From: Hyalangium minutum
Lineage (GTDB): Bacteria; Myxococcota; Myxococcia; Myxococcales; Myxococcaceae
Length of the DNA: 64,000 nt
Direction of reading: 5' to 3'
NCBI RefSeq assembly: GCF_000737315.1
Contig: NZ_JMCB01000002.1
Location: forward strand, 124,001-188,000
Within the stretch, counting starts at the first letter, position 1. Every line of letters begins with the position of its first letter. The notes under the pieces were generated by a model. The model was not told the origin of the DNA. It did not search any database and was given only the letters and a program-made list of their open reading frames with translations. Positions 28,505 to 37,956 of the stretch are shown in pieces. Both the position numbers and the translations under genes were made by a program.

Positions 28505-29218
28505 ATGAGCGGTGATTTGGCCAAGAGAAAGTGGCTTCTGGCGGCAGTGGCGCTGGCGGCGTGTGCAACGGCACCGCTGGCAAGTGAGGAGCCGGGCTGC
28601 GAGACGGCTGCGGAAGCTGTGCTCGCCGAGGAGGCCTGTGCGAACCCCAGTCGCCTGATAGCGCTGTGCGCTGGCGAGCAGTGCGGGCTGTACCGGTGCG
28701 AGGAGGTGAAGGAGCACCTGGCTCTGGGGCGCGTGGTGCTGGCGCGCGGGGCGGCTGCGGTGTTGCCTAACCCCGCAGCAGGAGCCCAGCGCAATTGGGG
28801 AAGCGCACAGGAATTGCCGCAGGACACGCGGCCTGTGTTCATCATCCCGTGGAGGCACCGGCCGCCGCTGCTGCCCAGTCAGCAGCAGATGCTGGACGAG
28901 GCGGCGAAGGAGCGGAGAAAGCCCCACGGGCAGCACCACATCTTCCCCAGGATGTTCAAGGGATGGTTCACTGAAAAAGGCATCAACATTGACGAGTACG
29001 TCATCCTCCTGGGGGTGGAGAAACACCGGAGCATCCACCGGGGAGCTAAAGGGGGCCCGTGGAATGACGCATGGGATAGGTTCATCCAAGCGAGGAGGGC
29101 AACGGCGACGAGAGAGGAGATCCACAAATACGCGGGCCAGCTCATTTACGAGTTCGAGCTGTTCGGCCCGGTCATGCGGTTTAAGAGCCCGCCACCTCCA
29201 CTGCCTCCAGGGTATTGA
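28505..29218 (+). CDS. sitA6: SitA6-family polymorphic toxin lipoprotein, copy 2
   Basis: Same lipobox and HHIFP motif as copy 1; near-identical N-terminal and middle sequence. Confidence 0.85.
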   Translation: MSGDLAKRKWLLAAVALAACATAPLASEEPGCETAAEAVLAEEACANPSRLIALCAGEQCGLYRCEEVKEHLALGRVVLARGAAAVLPNPAAGAQRNWGSAQELPQDTRPVFIIPWRHRPPLLPSQQQMLDEAAKERRKPHGQHHIFPRMFKGWFTEKGINIDEYVILLGVEKHRSIHRGAKGGPWNDAWDRFIQARRATATREEIHKYAGQLIYEFELFGPVMRFKSPPPPLPPGY

Positions 29219-29224
29219 GCAAAC

Positions 29225-29944
29225 ATGAGGTTCTACCTGCTGGATGGTGTCCCGGACCCAAAGTACTCGGGCGGGTACGACTACGGGCACCAATGGGGAC
29301 TGCCCGGGGTGCAATGCTCGGTCTGCAAGGCCACGTGGTCCTCCACGGGAGGTGCCTACCCCTCGGTGGATCTGTCTTATCTTCCGCCCGAGGAGCAAAA
29401 GAAGTACTTGCCGCGAGTCGAGGAGAACTACGAGGAGTTTAAGCGGCTGAAGGAGCAGGTGCGCCCGCTGGTACCTGCCGGTGTACCCCTTTGGCCAGGG
29501 ACCAAGTTTGGTCCCATGAATGGCCGGGCCTGGGGGGAGTTTGGCCCGCTGGTCTTGGCTCACGCGTGGGAGCTGTTGGTGCGGCGCGAGCCTCTGGAGC
29601 GGCTGCAGGCGGAGGGTTTGAGGGGCTTGAAGGGCTGCCGAACGGCGCTGCGCTTTCGCAAGAAGAACCCACCAGAACTGCTGGAGATGGAGCTGCTGCC
29701 CCGGGGCGCGCTTCACCCAGACTGTTTGCCGGAACGCCCCCCGCCTTGTCCCCAATGCGAGCGGGATGGCTTCGATTGGCCGGAGAAACCCCTGCTGAAC
29801 GCGGCCACACTGCCAGAGGACCTGGATGTGTTCCGGTTGGCCAACTTCATGACGATGATCATCGGTACCGAGCGCTTCGTGGAGGCGGTGCGGCGCTTGG
29901 GCTACGAGCAGGACATCGCCTTCAGGGAACTGCCAGCCCGCTGA
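29225..29944 (+). CDS. sitI6: SitI6-family double-CXXCG immunity protein, copy 2
   Basis: WGLPGVQCSVC, LWPGTKFGP, PCPQCER, DVFRL. Confidence 0.85.
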   Translation: MRFYLLDGVPDPKYSGGYDYGHQWGLPGVQCSVCKATWSSTGGAYPSVDLSYLPPEEQKKYLPRVEENYEEFKRLKEQVRPLVPAGVPLWPGTKFGPMNGRAWGEFGPLVLAHAWELLVRREPLERLQAEGLRGLKGCRTALRFRKKNPPELLEMELLPRGALHPDCLPERPPPCPQCERDGFDWPEKPLLNAATLPEDLDVFRLANFMTMIIGTERFVEAVRRLGYEQDIAFRELPAR

Positions 29945-30002
29945 GCCGCTCGCGCTCCAAACGCTTCTGCGCCTCGCCCAGTCTCGTGCTACCCCTCACC
30001 CC

Positions 30003-30806
30003 ATGATCGCTCCGTTCCTCGCTGCCACCCATGTCACGCCCTTGGGAGAGGGGCGCTACCGCAGCCGCTTCGAGGCCCCCTGGTACCAGGGTCGTGGCGC
30101 CTACGGCGGCGTGGTGGCCGGGCAGATCCTGCGCGCCATGGAGCACGTGGTGGCGGATCCCGACCGTCCGCTGCGCTCGTTCACCGTGCACTTCTGCGCC
30201 CCCGCCACCGAGGGCGAGGCGGAGGTCCGCGTGCGCATCGAGCGCTCCGGCAAGCTCGTCACCCATGCTACCGCCCGCACCGAGAACGCCGCCGGCGTGG
30301 TGTCCTTCGCCACCGCCACCTTCGGCACTCCTCGCCCTACCACCCCTCGCTATCTCGACGCGAAGCGGCCCGTGGCGCCTGCCCCCAGCGAGGTCAGCGT
30401 GGTGCCCGAGGAGGTGCCGATGCCCACCTTCTGCCAGTTCTTCGAGTACCGCTTCTGCGTGGGCTCGGCGCCGTACTCGGCCTCCGAGCCCCGGCTGGGT
30501 GGGTGGATCCGCCCGAAGGGAGAGCCCCTGGCTCTGGACGCCGCGCTCTGTGTGGGGCTGCTGGACGCGTACCCTCCCTCGGTCCTGTGCTCGCTCTCGG
30601 AGCTGCGGCCCGTGGCCAGCGTGGACTTCACCGTCCACTTCTTCCACGCGCTGCCTCGCCCAGGGGACCGGCCAGGCGAGCACTACCTCCGCACGGGCGT
30701 CTCCCGCTGGGCCGGTGAGGGCTTCGCGGAGGACCTCCAGGAGCTGTGGTCCGAAGAGGGAGAGCTGATCGCCCAGTGCCGCCAGTGCATCGCCGTGCTT
30801 GGCTGA
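30003..30806 (+). CDS. Acyl-CoA thioesterase (TesB-like double hot-dog family)
   Basis: W.QGRGAYGG, LRSFTVHF, LLDAYPP, SVDFTVHF, LWSEEG.LIA. Confidence 0.85.
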   Translation: MIAPFLAATHVTPLGEGRYRSRFEAPWYQGRGAYGGVVAGQILRAMEHVVADPDRPLRSFTVHFCAPATEGEAEVRVRIERSGKLVTHATARTENAAGVVSFATATFGTPRPTTPRYLDAKRPVAPAPSEVSVVPEEVPMPTFCQFFEYRFCVGSAPYSASEPRLGGWIRPKGEPLALDAALCVGLLDAYPPSVLCSLSELRPVASVDFTVHFFHALPRPGDRPGEHYLRTGVSRWAGEGFAEDLQELWSEEGELIAQCRQCIAVLG

Positions 30807-30845
30807 ATCCCCTCGGAGCTTCCTGGCGACTTTTGTACACCGGGG

Positions 30846-33800
30846 GTGAGTTCGTATGCTCACGGCGTGAGTCCGACGAGTTCCATGCATCCGGAGTACG
30901 AGGACGAGCTGCACCTCGCCCTGGTGGAGGGAGTGCTGTCCCGGGATCAGGTCGAGCCCCTGCGCGCGGAGGTGGTTCGCCTGGGCCGGAGCCCTCTGGA
31001 CCTGTTGATGGAGCGCGGCCAGCTCTCCCCCGAGACGCTCTCCTCCCTGCGAGGCGAGCTCCACCGCCAGGCCCCACCCGCCGTTGCGGGCCAGCCGCAG
31101 GAGCCCGCCACCCAGAAGCCCGGAGCTGCTTCCCAGGCGGACTCCTCCTCCGAGCCCGTCTTCCCCCTGCGGAACTGGGACCGCTACCAGCCCGTGCGCT
31201 TCCTGGGGCAGGGCGGCATGGGCCAGGTGTTCCTCGCGTACGACCCGCGCCTGCGCCGCAACGTGGCCATCAAGTTCGTGCGCGAGGGCAGCCCCGAGCT
31301 CGCCCAGCGCTTCCTCTCCGAGGCCCGCGCCCAGGCCCGCGTCCAGCACCAGCGCGTCTGTGAGATGTACGAGGTCGGCGAGGCTCAGAGCCGCGCGTAC
31401 ATCGCCATGCAGTACGTGGAGGGGCGCTCGCTCGGCCAGCTCGCGCCCGAGCTCACGCTGGAGCAGAAGATCCTCGTGATGCGCGATGTCTGCGAGGGTG
31501 TGCACGCCGCTCACCGTGCGGGGCTGATTCACCGCGACCTGAAGCCCTCCAACGTCCTGGTAGAGCGCACCGAGGACGGAGGCCTCAAGCCCTACGTCAT
31601 GGACTTCGGCCTCGCGCGGGACTGGCAGGGCGAGAACACCGCCACGGGCTCGGTGCTGGGCACTCCCCACTACATGGCGCCCGAGCAGGCCCGGGGCGAG
31701 GTGTCCCAGCTGGACCGGCGCGTGGACGTCTACAGCCTGGGCGCCACACTCTACCAAGTGCTCACGGGCCAGCCTCCCTTCGCTGGCCTCAACGCCCTGG
31801 AGATCGTGAGCCGGATCCAGACCGAGGAGCCGCCGTCTCCGCGCACGCTCGTGCCGGATCTGCCGGTCGACCTGGAGGCCATCGTCCTCAAGTGCCTCGA
31901 GAAGGACCGCGCGGCGCGGTACGACTCGGCGCGCGCCCTGGCCGAGGACTTGGAGCGGTTCCTCTCAGGCGAGCCCGTCCTGGCGAGTTCCGCGGGGCCG
32001 CTGTACCGGCTGCGCAAGAAGGTCCGCAAGCACCGCGTCCTGGTGGCTGTCGGCACCGCGGCCACGCTGGTGCTGGGCGTCGCCGTGGGACAGGCCGCCC
32101 TGGCCCGCCGCGAGGTGGTGGAGCGTGAGCGCCTCTCCCGCAGCTTCACCGAGAGGGTGGAGCGCATCGAGGCCATGTCCCGCTACTCCTCCATGGCGCC
32201 GCTGCACGACACCACCGCCGACCGTCAGGCCATCCGCCAGCAGATGGAGGAACTGGAGGCCGAGGTCCACGCGGGCGGCGCTCAGGCCGAGGGGCCCGGC
32301 GACTACGCCGTGGGCCGTGCACTCTTCGCGCTCGGGGATGCCGAGGGGGCGCGCACCCAGCTCGAGGCCGCATGGCAGAGTGGCTTCCGCGAGGCGCGCG
32401 TGGCCTATGCCCTGGCGCTGGCGCTTGGGCAGCTCTACCAGGAGCAGCTCCTGGAGGTGGAGCGCCTGCGCAGTGCCCCGCAGCGCGAGGCCCGCCGCCG
32501 CGAGCTCGAGCAGCGCTACCGCGATCCCGCCCTCGGCTACTTGAAGCAGAGCGTGCAGAGCGGTGGCGCGGAGGTTCCCTCCACCGAGTACGTCACGGCG
32601 CTCATGGCCTTCTACGAGGGCCGCTACGAGGACGCCCTGACGCACCTGGAGAAGATGGGCACCCTCAACCCCTGGTTCTACGAAGCGCCCCTGCTCCGTG
32701 GGGACATCCTCCAGGCCCGTGCCAGCCGCAGGTTGTACCAGGGTGACCGCGCCGGAGCGCTGTCTGATCTGGAGACGGCCGGGCAGGCCCAGGCCCTTGC
32801 CGCCGACATCGGCGAGAGCGAGTTCGCCGTCTACCACGCCATGGCGCGGCTGCAGCTCACCGCGCTGACCCTGGAGCTCTACGGCCAGGGCGAGGTGCGG
32901 CCTCATTATGAGAAGGGCCTGGAAGCGCTCTCCCGCGCGCTCACCGTCATACCGGATCACTTCAAAGCCCGGCTGCTGGAGTCCCGCCTCCACCGCCGGA
33001 TGGTGGATCAGCTGACGCAGCAAGGCGCCGAGGTGTTGCCGCTGCTGGAGAAGGCCCTCGCCGCCTCACGCACCGCCGCGGCGCTCGCGCCCAGCCAACC
33101 GCAGGTCCACACCGAGCTGGCTTTCGTCTTCCGCCGCTGGGCGCTCTACCGCCAGAGCCGGGGCGAGGATCCGTCCGAGCAGCTGCGCGAGGCCGCCGCA
33201 GCCCTCGAGCGCATCCGCCCGGAAGAGCGGAACTCCTCGTTCCACAGCGAGATGGGGAACATCTTCAAGGTGTGGGCCGACGCCGAGGAGCAATCCGGCA
33301 AGGACTCCCTCGAGCACCGCGGACAGGCCATCGACGCATACCGTGCGGCCCTCCAGCTGGATGCGAGCCAGGCAGAGACCTGGAGCAGCCTGGGTACCGC
33401 CTACTTCAAGCGGGGCACGAGCCCGCACCCCCGTGATGCCGATGGCGACCTGGAGCAGGCCTGGACCGCGCTCGAGCGTGCGCAGAGCATCGACCCGGGC
33501 AACTACGTCCACTACTTCTATGGAGGGCAGGTGCAGGAGTGGCGGGCCCGCCGGAAGTACAACCGTGGCCGCGGAGTGGAGCCGGAGCTGGAGCAGGCCC
33601 TGGCGCAGTACCGCAAGGGGCTGGCCATCAACAGCAAGCTGCCTCAGTTCCACAACCTCCTGGGCGGAGCGCTGCTGTGGAGGGCGGAGCTGACGTGGGA
33701 AGAGGGCGGTGACGCCTCCCTGTGGCTCGATCAGGCCCAGCCCGCCTTCGAGCAAGCCCGCACCGTGGCCCCTCAGCAGGCCTTCGCGTACAACGGATTG

Positions 33801-34514
33801 GGCGAGGTGCATGCGTGGCGGGCGTTGTTCCAGCTCCGCGCGAAGCAGGATCCCCTCCCCAGTGGCCGCGCGGCCCTCGAGGCCTACCAACAGGCCCTCG
33901 ACCGGGCTCCTCGCAACGCGCAGTCCTGGACCAACATGGCCAAGGTCCGTGTCTCCCTGGCCCTCTGGGCGCTGGAGCAAGGCAGAGACCCTGGGCCCGA
34001 GCTCGATCGGGCCACGGAGGCGCTGCGCCAGGCGCTCAGCATCAACCCGCGCATGGCGAACGCCCTGCGCTACCAGGGCGAGACACTCGGAATCCGTGCG
34101 CGCTGGCTGGCGCGCCAGGGCCAAGGGCGCCAGGGGGACTTCGAAGCCGCCGCCACCGCCCTCCAGCAGGCCATTGGCGCGGATCCCGAATGGCAGGAGT
34201 ACCGCCTCTCCGCGGCCATGCTCCACCGCGAGTGGGGGAAATGGCTGGCGGCCACGGGGAGCGATCCCACCCCGGTGCTGAGGCAGGGGCTGGCCTGGAT
34301 CGACGAGTCGCTGGCTTCCCGTCCCAAGTGGGCCCACGCCCGAGCTGTCCGGGCCCGCCTGCTTCTGGCGCTGGCGGAGACCTCGGTGGAGCCTCCGCAG
34401 CAGCAGGCCTGGAAGAGCGAGGCCCGGAAGGAGCTGGAACAGGCGCTCGCCAGCAATCCCCACCTCGTGAGCGAGTGGGGCCAGAGCCTCGTCTCACGAG
34501 GTCTCACGCCCTAG
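30846..34514 (+). CDS. Membrane Ser/Thr protein kinase with large extracytoplasmic TPR region (start may be ATG 30885)
   Basis: GQGGMGQVF, VAIK, HRDLKPSN, DFG, APE; TM VLVAVGTAATLVLGVAVG; many TPR helices. Confidence 0.92.
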   Translation: MSSYAHGVSPTSSMHPEYEDELHLALVEGVLSRDQVEPLRAEVVRLGRSPLDLLMERGQLSPETLSSLRGELHRQAPPAVAGQPQEPATQKPGAASQADSSSEPVFPLRNWDRYQPVRFLGQGGMGQVFLAYDPRLRRNVAIKFVREGSPELAQRFLSEARAQARVQHQRVCEMYEVGEAQSRAYIAMQYVEGRSLGQLAPELTLEQKILVMRDVCEGVHAAHRAGLIHRDLKPSNVLVERTEDGGLKPYVMDFGLARDWQGENTATGSVLGTPHYMAPEQARGEVSQLDRRVDVYSLGATLYQVLTGQPPFAGLNALEIVSRIQTEEPPSPRTLVPDLPVDLEAIVLKCLEKDRAARYDSARALAEDLERFLSGEPVLASSAGPLYRLRKKVRKHRVLVAVGTAATLVLGVAVGQAALARREVVERERLSRSFTERVERIEAMSRYSSMAPLHDTTADRQAIRQQMEELEAEVHAGGAQAEGPGDYAVGRALFALGDAEGARTQLEAAWQSGFREARVAYALALALGQLYQEQLLEVERLRSAPQREARRRELEQRYRDPALGYLKQSVQSGGAEVPSTEYVTALMAFYEGRYEDALTHLEKMGTLNPWFYEAPLLRGDILQARASRRLYQGDRAGALSDLETAGQAQALAADIGESEFAVYHAMARLQLTALTLELYGQGEVRPHYEKGLEALSRALTVIPDHFKARLLESRLHRRMVDQLTQQGAEVLPLLEKALAASRTAAALAPSQPQVHTELAFVFRRWALYRQSRGEDPSEQLREAAAALERIRPEERNSSFHSEMGNIFKVWADAEEQSGKDSLEHRGQAIDAYRAALQLDASQAETWSSLGTAYFKRGTSPHPRDADGDLEQAWTALERAQSIDPGNYVHYFYGGQVQEWRARRKYNRGRGVEPELEQALAQYRKGLAINSKLPQFHNLLGGALLWRAELTWEEGGDASLWLDQAQPAFEQARTVAPQQAFAYNGLGEVHAWRALFQLRAKQDPLPSGRAALEAYQQALDRAPRNAQSWTNMAKVRVSLALWALEQGRDPGPELDRATEALRQALSINPRMANALRYQGETLGIRARWLARQGQGRQGDFEAAATALQQAIGADPEWQEYRLSAAMLHREWGKWLAATGSDPTPVLRQGLAWIDESLASRPKWAHARAVRARLLLALAETSVEPPQQQAWKSEARKELEQALASNPHLVSEWGQSLVSRGLTP

Positions 34515-34527
34515 CCGCCGGGACGGC

Positions 34528-34872
34528 TTACTTCCCCTTGGGCTTGGGCGGGTCTCGCGTCACCTCCAGGTCCCCGGCCGTCGCGGTGGGGGGCTCGGGA
34601 TTCGTGCTCACCAGCTCTGTGACGTCGAAGGGATAATGCCCGTCGGCCCACTCGGCGACGTAGTAGGTCTTCGAAGACTTGTCCGGGTCGGAGCCGTCCA
34701 AGACGAACAAACTGGTCTGGCCGACGAAGGGAGAGTTCGAGTCGAAGTCCACGTTGACCTTATCCGTCCGGCCATCCATCTCGAAGGTGACCTCGTACCC
34801 CGGCTTCACGACGGGAGGATCAGGGACATAGCCAATGCCGCTGGATTTGATCTTGACGTGTTGGGTGGTCAT
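34528..34872 (-). CDS. Small hypothetical beta-rich protein (114 aa; cupredoxin-like fold possible)
   Basis: GAGG RBS before ATG 34872; high GC3; preceded by a sigma54 promoter. Confidence 0.65.
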   Translation of the reverse strand: MTTQHVKIKSSGIGYVPDPPVVKPGYEVTFEMDGRTDKVNVDFDSNSPFVGQTSLFVLDGSDPDKSSKTYYVAEWADGHYPFDVTELVSTNPEPPTATAGDLEVTRDPPKPKGK

Positions 34873-34940
34873 ACAAGGACCTCTGCTCGTTCCGAGCTGA
34901 TGGGGTGCAAGTCTCATTCGCGAGACGCAGGTAGTATCGT

Positions 34941-34956
34941 TGCACTGCCTGTGCCA
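34941..34956 (-). promoter_or_regulatory. Sigma54 -24/-12 promoter
   Basis: Minus strand TGGCACAGGCAGTGCA: GG and GC at the consensus spacing, about 70 bp upstream of ATG 34872 and next to a sigma54 activator gene. Confidence 0.7.
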
Positions 34957-35054
34957 GAGAAGGATGTCGCACGCGCGAAACATCGAAGGCGCGCAGGTGG
35001 CGTGTCAAGCCGCAGCGCCGACGTGTCAGTGGGCCGCGCTGATCTGTCACCCGC

Positions 35055-36692
35055 TCAGGACTCGGTGAGCCCCAGCTCCCGGATGCGGCGCTGGAGACCG
35101 CGCTTGGAGACCTCGAGCCGCTGCACCATGGCGTCCAGGTCTCCTTTGCACTCGCGGAAGCAGCGGGTGATCTCCTCGGTGCTCAGGTCTCCCACAGTCC
35201 GCAGGCTGGGGCTCCGGTCGATCAGCATGTAGAGCGAGGGGCGGGTGATGCCCAGCCGCTCGGCGGCGGCCTTGATGTCCCACGCGGTACCTCGCAGGGC
35301 CTCCAGCAGCTCCGTGTCCGTCACATCGGACGGCTTGCGCCGGGAGGGAGCGGGCTCCTGCGCAGCGGCCGGCCTCTGCGGTGCCGGGGAGGCCAAGGGA
35401 ATGGAGCGCTTCGGGATGGGCGAGGCAGCGGCATCCAGCTCCTGCTCGATGCGCGGGGTGGCCTGCAGCCCCGGGAGCCCCCGGCTTCCGATGACGATCT
35501 GCCGCGTGAGGTTGCGCAGCTGGCGGACGTTGCCGGGCCAGGAGAAGCGCACCATTCGCACCGCCAGCGCGGGAGGCAGCCACGGCTCGCTCTGCGAGGC
35601 GGAGTCCAAGCGGTGGGCCTCGCCCAGTGCCGCCAGTTCCTCTCGCGCGAAGTGGTGGAAGAGCACGCCGATGTCGTCCCGGCGGTCCCTCAGCGGAGGC
35701 ACTTGGATTTCGTAGCCGGCCAGCCGGTGCAGCAGCGGGGCCTTGAAGAGATCCTGCCGGATGCGGTCCTCCAGGTCGGCATCCGTGGCGGTGATCAGCC
35801 GCACGTCCACGGACACGGGCGCGTGGCCGCCCACCGGGTAGACCTCGCCCGTCTCCAGCACGCGCAGCAGCAGCACCTGGACCTCGGGCGGGGCCTCGCC
35901 CACCTCATCCAGGAAGAGGGTGCCTCCGTGGGCTGCGCGGAAGAAGCCCTCGCGATCCTGGGTGGAGCCGGTATAGGCGCCCTTTCGTGCGCCGAAGAGC
36001 TCGGCTGCGGCCAGCTCCTTGGGCAGCGCGCCCAGGTTGACGCTGATGAAGGGCCCCGCGCGCCGGGGGCTGCGCATGTGGATGGCGCGCGCCACCAGCT
36101 CCTTGCCCGAGCCAGTCTCTCCTCGGATGAGGACGGGCACCTTGAGATCCGCCACGCGGGTGCTGTCCTCGCGCACCCGGCGGGTGCTGGCGCTGTTGCC
36201 CACCATGCCCAGATCGTCCGGAATGTCTGGCTCGATGGAGGGCGCCAGGTGGAGCAGCAGCACGATGCGCTCGGCCAGCACGAGCGGAATGCCGGCGGCC
36301 AGCTCCTCGGCACTGAACTCCCGGGCGCCGACGAGCGGCTCATGCACCACGCGCACCTGCGTGCCGCCCTCCTCCACGCGCAGCCGAATCCCTCCGGTCT
36401 CCGTGCGCTCGAACACGAGGGGCTTGCGGCTGAGGAAGGTGTCCGCCAGGGGCATGCCCAGGGGCCCACCCGGGCGGACGAAGTCCGGCCCCACGCGCGA
36501 TACGGACACGCTGCCCCCCGAACTCAGGGAGCCCAGGAGCAGCCGCTCTCCCGCGCGGTGGGGCGTCGGGTGGGAGACGATGGTCAGAGCTGGCACGGGA
36601 CGCGACACCTGCTCCGAAGAGCGGGTGGGCGTGGCGGCCGTCGAGATGTCTGCAAACTTCTTTTCCTGCATGAGCGCCTGCTTCGGGGGCAT
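35055..36692 (-). CDS. Sigma54-dependent enhancer-binding protein with FHA-like N-terminus
   Basis: GETGSGKE, GAYTGS (GAFTGA variant), LFLDEVGE, WPGNVRQL, C-terminal HTH; N-terminal beta-rich D.FLSR motif. Confidence 0.9.
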   Translation of the reverse strand: MPPKQALMQEKKFADISTAATPTRSSEQVSRPVPALTIVSHPTPHRAGERLLLGSLSSGGSVSVSRVGPDFVRPGGPLGMPLADTFLSRKPLVFERTETGGIRLRVEEGGTQVRVVHEPLVGAREFSAEELAAGIPLVLAERIVLLLHLAPSIEPDIPDDLGMVGNSASTRRVREDSTRVADLKVPVLIRGETGSGKELVARAIHMRSPRRAGPFISVNLGALPKELAAAELFGARKGAYTGSTQDREGFFRAAHGGTLFLDEVGEAPPEVQVLLLRVLETGEVYPVGGHAPVSVDVRLITATDADLEDRIRQDLFKAPLLHRLAGYEIQVPPLRDRRDDIGVLFHHFAREELAALGEAHRLDSASQSEPWLPPALAVRMVRFSWPGNVRQLRNLTRQIVIGSRGLPGLQATPRIEQELDAAASPIPKRSIPLASPAPQRPAAAQEPAPSRRKPSDVTDTELLEALRGTAWDIKAAAERLGITRPSLYMLIDRSPSLRTVGDLSTEEITRCFRECKGDLDAMVQRLEVSKRGLQRRIRELGLTES

Positions 36693-36774
36693 GACTGCGA
36701 GGACACAGCGAGTGTAGCGCCTCTTGGTGCTACATAGAGCGTGATAGCCCCGGGCGCGATAGGCTGCATGCAGG

Positions 36775-37758
36775 ATGAGTGAGACCCGCGAGTTGCGAGC
36801 CAGGCTCGAGGAGACTCAGGCAGAGCTTCGCCGCACGAGGGATCACCTGGAGAAGCTGCGGGCGCACCAAGCTCGGGAGCGGCAGTTTCTGCAGCAAGAG
36901 CTGGAGCAGGCGCGGCACGAGGTAAGCGGGCTGAGAGGACGCCTCGAGGCCTTGGAGCGCTTCGAGAACGAGCCCTCGCCGTCCTCGGACGAGAATCAGC
37001 CCGAGCCCGTAGCGGTGGAGCGCTCGGCCACCGCGCTCGTGGCGCTCGCCCGGAGCCCCGAGACAGGCCTCACGCCTCTCGCCATCTCCACGCTCGCCCG
37101 GCTCTTGAACGTGGCACCCGTCGACGTGCGGCTGCGCCTGGCATCGCCGCTCCCGGCGGCGCTGGCCCGGTTGCCGCTCGCTCAGGCCGAGGAACTCCGT
37201 GTCTCGCTCCGGGAGGAAGGCTTCCTCGCGGTCATCCATGAGGTGTCACCCGCCCTTCCGAGGAAGTGGGTGCGTGTGAAGCGGTTCGCGCTCGAAGAGG
37301 AGGGCCTGCGGGTGGAGAACCCGAACCGCGAGAGCTTCCCGGTGCGCTACGCGGAGCTGCGCCTGTTGATGCGGGGGCGCAGGACCACCACCCACGTCGA
37401 GACGAAGCAGGAGGTGGACTACGAAGTCCACCAGCAGCGCTACCGCCGGACGCCGAAAGAGGTGGAGGAGAAGCGCCAGACGGTGGAGAACTTCCTCTGG
37501 GTGATGGGCAAGGGCTTCCGGGCCATCTTCAACGAATCCACCCAGTTCACGGGCCTGGGCGCGCTGCGCACCTTCACCGTGCACGAGAACCTCCAGCGCC
37601 TGATGGCCGAGCTCCACCAGCGCGCGCCTCACGTGGCGCGGGACGAGCGCTTCGTGCAGCAGTCCCGCTTCGTCATGCCGCTCGTGGATCCGGGCCGTGG
37701 CCAGGAGCTGTTGGCCGAGGTGCTGCTCCAGGCGGTGGAGGAGGGGCTCTGGTCATGA
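36775..37758 (+). CDS. Hypothetical protein with N-terminal coiled coil
   Basis: Heptad-rich first 60 aa; clean ORF with high GC3. Confidence 0.7.
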   Translation: MSETRELRARLEETQAELRRTRDHLEKLRAHQARERQFLQQELEQARHEVSGLRGRLEALERFENEPSPSSDENQPEPVAVERSATALVALARSPETGLTPLAISTLARLLNVAPVDVRLRLASPLPAALARLPLAQAEELRVSLREEGFLAVIHEVSPALPRKWVRVKRFALEEEGLRVENPNRESFPVRYAELRLLMRGRRTTTHVETKQEVDYEVHQQRYRRTPKEVEEKRQTVENFLWVMGKGFRAIFNESTQFTGLGALRTFTVHENLQRLMAELHQRAPHVARDERFVQQSRFVMPLVDPGRGQELLAEVLLQAVEEGLWS

Positions 37759-37952
37759 GCGAGGCGCGCGAGCTGAGCGACAAGCTCAACCAGGTGCGGG
37801 AGGAACTGCGCCAGACGCGGGAGCAACTGGACAAGCTCCGGACGCAGCACGCGCGCGAGCAGCAGGCCCTGCAGCAGTCGCTGGAGGAGGCGCGGCGGGA
37901 GGCGGAGCGGCTGCGTGCGCGTGTCAAGAAGGCCGAGGAGCGCGTAAAGTAG
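37755..37952 (+). CDS. 65-aa coiled-coil protein, paralogue of the upstream gene's N-terminus
   Basis: ATGA overlap; 31 of 57 residues identical to residues 1-57 of 36775..37758 (manual alignment). Confidence 0.7.
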   Translation: MSEARELSDKLNQVREELRQTREQLDKLRTQHAREQQALQQSLEEARREAERLRARVKKAEERVK

Positions 37953-37956
37953 GGCC

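Larger units (their letters stand above)
22840..28928 (+). repeat. 107-bp identical direct repeat (22840-22946 and 28822-28928) inside the two sitA6 genes
   Basis: Base-by-base comparison from ggacacgcggcc to aagccccacg; offset 5982 bp. Confidence 0.9.
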
